64,000 nucleotides of DNA from Phycisphaeraceae bacterium (GTDB taxonomy: Bacteria; Planctomycetota; Phycisphaerae; Phycisphaerales; Phycisphaeraceae): contig OY771506.1 of the NCBI GenBank assembly GCA_963674705.1, positions 960,001 through 1,024,000 on the forward strand. The letters run 5' to 3'. Made by a program: the position numbers and the translations under genes. The number at the start of each line of letters is the position of its first letter. Position 1 is the stretch's first letter. The notes beneath the pieces were generated by a model that worked only from the letters and a program-made list of their open reading frames with translations, did not search any database and was not told where the DNA came from. Below, one piece after another: positions 60,813 to 64,000 of the stretch.

Positions 60813-61376
60813 TCAATCTTCAAAATATTTTTTTGTCACCGGGTCCTGCCGCAGCGTGCGGATCGCGTGATGTATCCGGGATTTGACGGTTCCGACAGGG
60901 ATATCGAGCGCCAAAGCAACCTCTTCGATGCTCAACCCGTCCACGAAGCGCAATAACAACACCTCCCGCTGCTGCGCGGGCAGGCGGGCCAGTACATGCT
61001 CGATCTCGTCGCTATCCCCAGGCCCAGCCATATCGGGCGCAGGCAAGTCCGCTAAAACTTCATCTGAACCGGCAAACCGCACCGACTTCCGCCTCGCCGC
61101 CATCGCTGTGTGTTTGATCACCGGATAGAGAAACGTCGTGAGCTTCGCGACCAATACAAACCCCGGAAACTTGCTCAGCAGGTAGATGAACACCTCCTGC
61201 ATGACATCGAGCGCGGCGTCCCGGTCCTGCGTGAATCGGTAGGCGGTATTAATCACCCAATCCCGGTACCGGTAGTACAACGCCTCAAACGCCCGCGCGC
61301 CGGCCGGTCCGCCACGGTTGGCGGCATCCACCAGCTCGCTGTCAGTTCGTTGATCGCTGCCCGGTTTATGTTGCAC
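60813..61376 (-). CDS. ECF RNA polymerase sigma factor
   Basis: Region 2 AFEALY..Y...DVMQEVF; region 4 LPAQQREVLLLRF.DGLSIEEVA.ALDIPVGTVKSRIHHA. Confidence 0.95.
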   Translation of the reverse strand: MQHKPGSDQRTDSELVDAANRGGPAGARAFEALYYRYRDWVINTAYRFTQDRDAALDVMQEVFIYLLSKFPGFVLVAKLTTFLYPVIKHTAMAARRKSVRFAGSDEVLADLPAPDMAGPGDSDEIEHVLARLPAQQREVLLLRFVDGLSIEEVALALDIPVGTVKSRIHHAIRTLRQDPVTKKYFED

Positions 61377-61435
61377 ACGATCAGCTTACGCCGGATCACA
61401 TCACCACCACAAGCCCGGATACATCAAGATGCCGA

Positions 61436-62542
61436 CTAGCCCATCTGCCCGACCAGCTTATCCCACACCTCGTCTACCGTGATCTTCGCGATAAGGGTTG
61501 GGTCGTCGTTGTGCTTGCGGTAGTTCGCTTCATAGAGATGTGCATCCGTGGGTCGGATCACGCTCGAATCTCGGCGGTAGGGCCCGACCAGCGCCGGGTC
61601 CGTCGGGCCGAACAGCGAGACCACCGGCCGGTCAAAACCCACTGCGATATGCAACGGCGCCGAGTCATTACAAATAAGCACGCGCGATTCACTGAGTAAC
61701 GCCATCATCCGCCCGACCGTCGTTTCAGGGAACACCACGCGCTCACGCAGATCGCCGCCGGCCGCACCATCGCCCATCAATGTTTCGTACATCGCAAGCA
61801 CCTGGTTGCGCTCATCCGGTGAAGCGACCAGAACCAACTTATCCCCCGCCTTGCCCGACTCGATCAACCGACGCGCGATCTGCCCGTACCGATCGATCGG
61901 CCAGCATTTGCATCCCCATCTCGCTGTCGGCGCAATACACGCATAGCCCCCGTCACCTATGCCGTGCTCCTCTTTGAACTGCTTAAGCCAGGTTTTGTCT
62001 TCATCGCCAAGGTACAGGCGCATGTCATGAACCGCTTCAAGCCCATCGGCTTCGAGCAAACCGAGCATACGGTCTACCGTATGCAGTTTTGCATCCACAT
62101 GATGACGCACGTTGTAACCCAGCCAGCCAAGCTCCCGAGCGTTGGCAAACCCGACACGCCGTTTCGCTTTGGTCAGCTTCGTAAACAACCCGGAACGGAA
62201 CAGCCCCTGCATGTCGTACACCGCGTCGTATTTTTTCTCGCGCAACAATCTGCCGAACTGAATACCTGCTCGCGTTGCTTTTGGGCTCAGTCCGAACCCG
62301 GATAATGCCTTGCGGTCAAATTCAACAACACCATCGAGCATCGGGTGATGCTTCACCGCCGGGGCAAACACCTTGGCAACCAGCCAATCGATCTTGGCAT
62401 CCGGATAAGCCTTGCGCAGCGTCGCCAACACCGGTACCGTCCGCGACACATCCCCCAACGCCGTCGGGCGGATGATCAGCACACGCTGCGGGGCTGTTTG
62501 CCCCCCCCTCTCGGGCTGAGATGGATCAACAGAATCGACCAT
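61436..62542 (-). CDS. GT9 glycosyltransferase (LPS heptosyltransferase WaaC/WaaF-like)
   Basis: IRPTALGDV, DMQGLFRS, KCWP, CNDSAPLHIA, LFGPT. Confidence 0.9.
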   Translation of the reverse strand: MVDSVDPSQPERGGQTAPQRVLIIRPTALGDVSRTVPVLATLRKAYPDAKIDWLVAKVFAPAVKHHPMLDGVVEFDRKALSGFGLSPKATRAGIQFGRLLREKKYDAVYDMQGLFRSGLFTKLTKAKRRVGFANARELGWLGYNVRHHVDAKLHTVDRMLGLLEADGLEAVHDMRLYLGDEDKTWLKQFKEEHGIGDGGYACIAPTARWGCKCWPIDRYGQIARRLIESGKAGDKLVLVASPDERNQVLAMYETLMGDGAAGGDLRERVVFPETTVGRMMALLSESRVLICNDSAPLHIAVGFDRPVVSLFGPTDPALVGPYRRDSSVIRPTDAHLYEANYRKHNDDPTLIAKITVDEVWDKLVGQMG

Positions 62543-62690
62543 GCGAACCTAATATAGCCACGCCAACCGAATCTGCCTGCCCACTGGCGATAAATCGCCC
62601 ACCCGCCTACACTTTGGGCTTATAAATTCGACCGCTCAGGATGAGTGTCGCAGTTTGACCAGACCCTGAATCCAAAATCACGCTCACCCC

Positions 62691-63449
62691 ATGCCGACCA
62701 CCGCTCTGATCTCCGATATCCATGGCAACCTCACCGCCCTCAAGGCAGTGATGGCCGATATCGACCGCCGCGAGATCAAGCGGATCGTCTGCCTCGGCGA
62801 CATCATCGGCTACGGCCCGAACCCCGTCGAATGCCTCGATGTCGTCATGGAACGCTGCGAATTCGCGCTGATGGGCAACCACGACTTTGCCGTGCTGTTT
62901 GAACCCACCAGCTTCAATACCAGCGCCGAGCAGGCCGCGTTCTGGACACGCAGACAGTTCGAGCTCGAGCCCGACCCGGTCAAACAGAAAAAACGCTGGG
63001 AATTCCTGGGTAATTTACTGATCCGCAATAAAGTCGACGGCGCGTTGTGGGTTCACGCCTCACCACGCCGACCGATTAACGAATACATCTTCCCCGACGA
63101 TGTGATGACAAGCCCCGGCAAGATGCAGGCCATCTTCGACCGCACAGAAGGCCGATGCTTCTGCGGCCACACCCACGTGCCAGGCGTCTTCACCGACGAA
63201 CCCGACTTCTATCCCCCCGGAGACCTTGGCGGCAAGCACACCTTCTCCGAACGCGAAAAAGTCATCGTCAATCCCGGCAGCGTCGGCCAACCCCGAGACC
63301 GCGACCCCCGCGCCAGCTACGCCATCCTCGACGACGACTGCGTCGAATTCATCCGCATTGAATATGACGTCCAGACCGTCGTCGACCAGATCACCGAAAT
63401 CTACGACCTCAACGACTTCCTCGGCCACCGCCTCCTCGAAGGCCGCTGA
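62691..63449 (+). CDS. Calcineurin-like metallophosphoesterase
   Basis: SDIHGN, LGDIIGYG, GNHD, GHTH, NPGSVGQPRD. Confidence 0.93.
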   Translation: MPTTALISDIHGNLTALKAVMADIDRREIKRIVCLGDIIGYGPNPVECLDVVMERCEFALMGNHDFAVLFEPTSFNTSAEQAAFWTRRQFELEPDPVKQKKRWEFLGNLLIRNKVDGALWVHASPRRPINEYIFPDDVMTSPGKMQAIFDRTEGRCFCGHTHVPGVFTDEPDFYPPGDLGGKHTFSEREKVIVNPGSVGQPRDRDPRASYAILDDDCVEFIRIEYDVQTVVDQITEIYDLNDFLGHRLLEGR

Positions 63450-63453
63450 CTGT

Positions 63454-63477
63454 GAGCCGGCGTGTCCACACGCCGGT
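63454..63477. repeat. Palindromic repeat GAGCCGGCGTGTCCACACGCCGGT
   Basis: Near-identical copy at 63886-63909; both lie just after stop codons. Confidence 0.8.
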
Positions 63478-63609
63478 GTCCCCACGATTCCATTACCCCA
63501 TTTGGCCCCCAACACAATATCCGTTACAATCCCCGATTCGCCGGTCCGACGCGGTGGGTGTCGGCGGCCCCGTACGGGATGTATCTTCAGACAGCACAGA
63601 GGTTTAAAC

Positions 63610-63876
63610 GTGGTTAAGCTACGCTTCAAGCGCTTCGGACGCACACACCATCCGGTCTATCGACTCAACGCTATCGATCAGCGCAGCCCGCGCGACGGCA
63701 GGCCCATCGAAGAACTGGGCACCTATGACCCGGCCAACAAGGACGAATCCAAACAGTTCGCCTGCAAGGAAGACCGCGTCAAGTACTGGCTGAGCGTCGG
63801 CGCCCAACCCAGCGAGACCGTCTCCGCACAGCTCATCAAGGCCGGCATCCTCGAAGCCCCCGCCAAAAAGGCGTGA
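63610..63876 (+). CDS. rpsP: 30S ribosomal protein S16
   Basis: GTG start after GAGG; VKLRFKRFGR..HPVYR, PRDG..IEELGTYDP, YWLSVGAQPSETV. Confidence 0.97.
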   Translation: MVKLRFKRFGRTHHPVYRLNAIDQRSPRDGRPIEELGTYDPANKDESKQFACKEDRVKYWLSVGAQPSETVSAQLIKAGILEAPAKKA

Positions 63877-63933
63877 GTGTGACGCGAGCCGGCGTGTCCC
63901 CACGCCGGTAATCCTTGGACGCAATAAACCATT

Positions 63934-63977
63934 CACCCACGGATGCCCAACACGGCCGTCCGTGGGTGTGTTTTTTT
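63934..63977 (+). terminator. Intrinsic terminator after rpsP
   Basis: CACCCACGGA...TCCGTGGGTG stem followed by a T tract; another palindrome AAGCCGC-TT-GCGGCTT follows at 63980-63995. Confidence 0.7.
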
Positions 63978-64000
63978 ATAAGCCGCTTGCGGCTTAGCGC

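Noticed and set aside
38883..61376. A true cellulosome
   Set aside because: No recognisable glycoside hydrolase or CBM3 and no multi-cohesin scaffoldin in the window
63226..63609. N-terminal extension of S16 in the 216-aa ORF
   Set aside because: Overlaps the phosphoesterase out of frame; S16 homology starts at GTG 63610 after an SD
1..64000. tRNA, rRNA, prophage or defence island
   Set aside because: None recognised by eye; tRNAscan-SE, Rfam and DefenseFinder runs would be needed to exclude small or divergent ones

Overview
GC-rich bacterial chromosomal window, probably from a planctomycete (Phycisphaerae-like); this is inferred from the LEPR-XLL giant protein, the dockerin-type repeats and the intergenic repeat style. 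It carries housekeeping and physiology genes (lysA partial, ruvB, clpP, gnd, gatB, ilvA, queC, pdxA, rpsP, a GT9 heptosyltransferase), transport genes (Ca/Na antiporter, split FeoB with a DtxR-FeoA fusion and a divergent DtxR/MntR, a CNNM pair, ClC-CBS), an FHA-GspE/PilB ATPase and one complete IS630 with a -1 frameshift. The most notable part is 38.3-61.4 kb on the minus strand. An ECF sigma factor is followed by a membrane protein at the anti-sigma position whose only external domain is a dockerin, then a translationally coupled secreted cohesin-like protein, a frameshifted VIT-vWA gene and a lipoprotein. Next comes a ~5,685-aa LEPR-XLL beta-helix surface protein ending in cohesin-dockerin-cohesin-dockerin and a Q/T tail, followed by a DUF3467-like gene. 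Intergenic DNA is rich in modular heptamer/nonamer repeat elements, REP-like palindromes and MITE-like inverted repeats. Two genes appear inserted with duplicated flanks, and many genes look leaderless. No rRNA, tRNA or CRISPR array was seen. All family calls come from motif recognition by eye; no searches were run.
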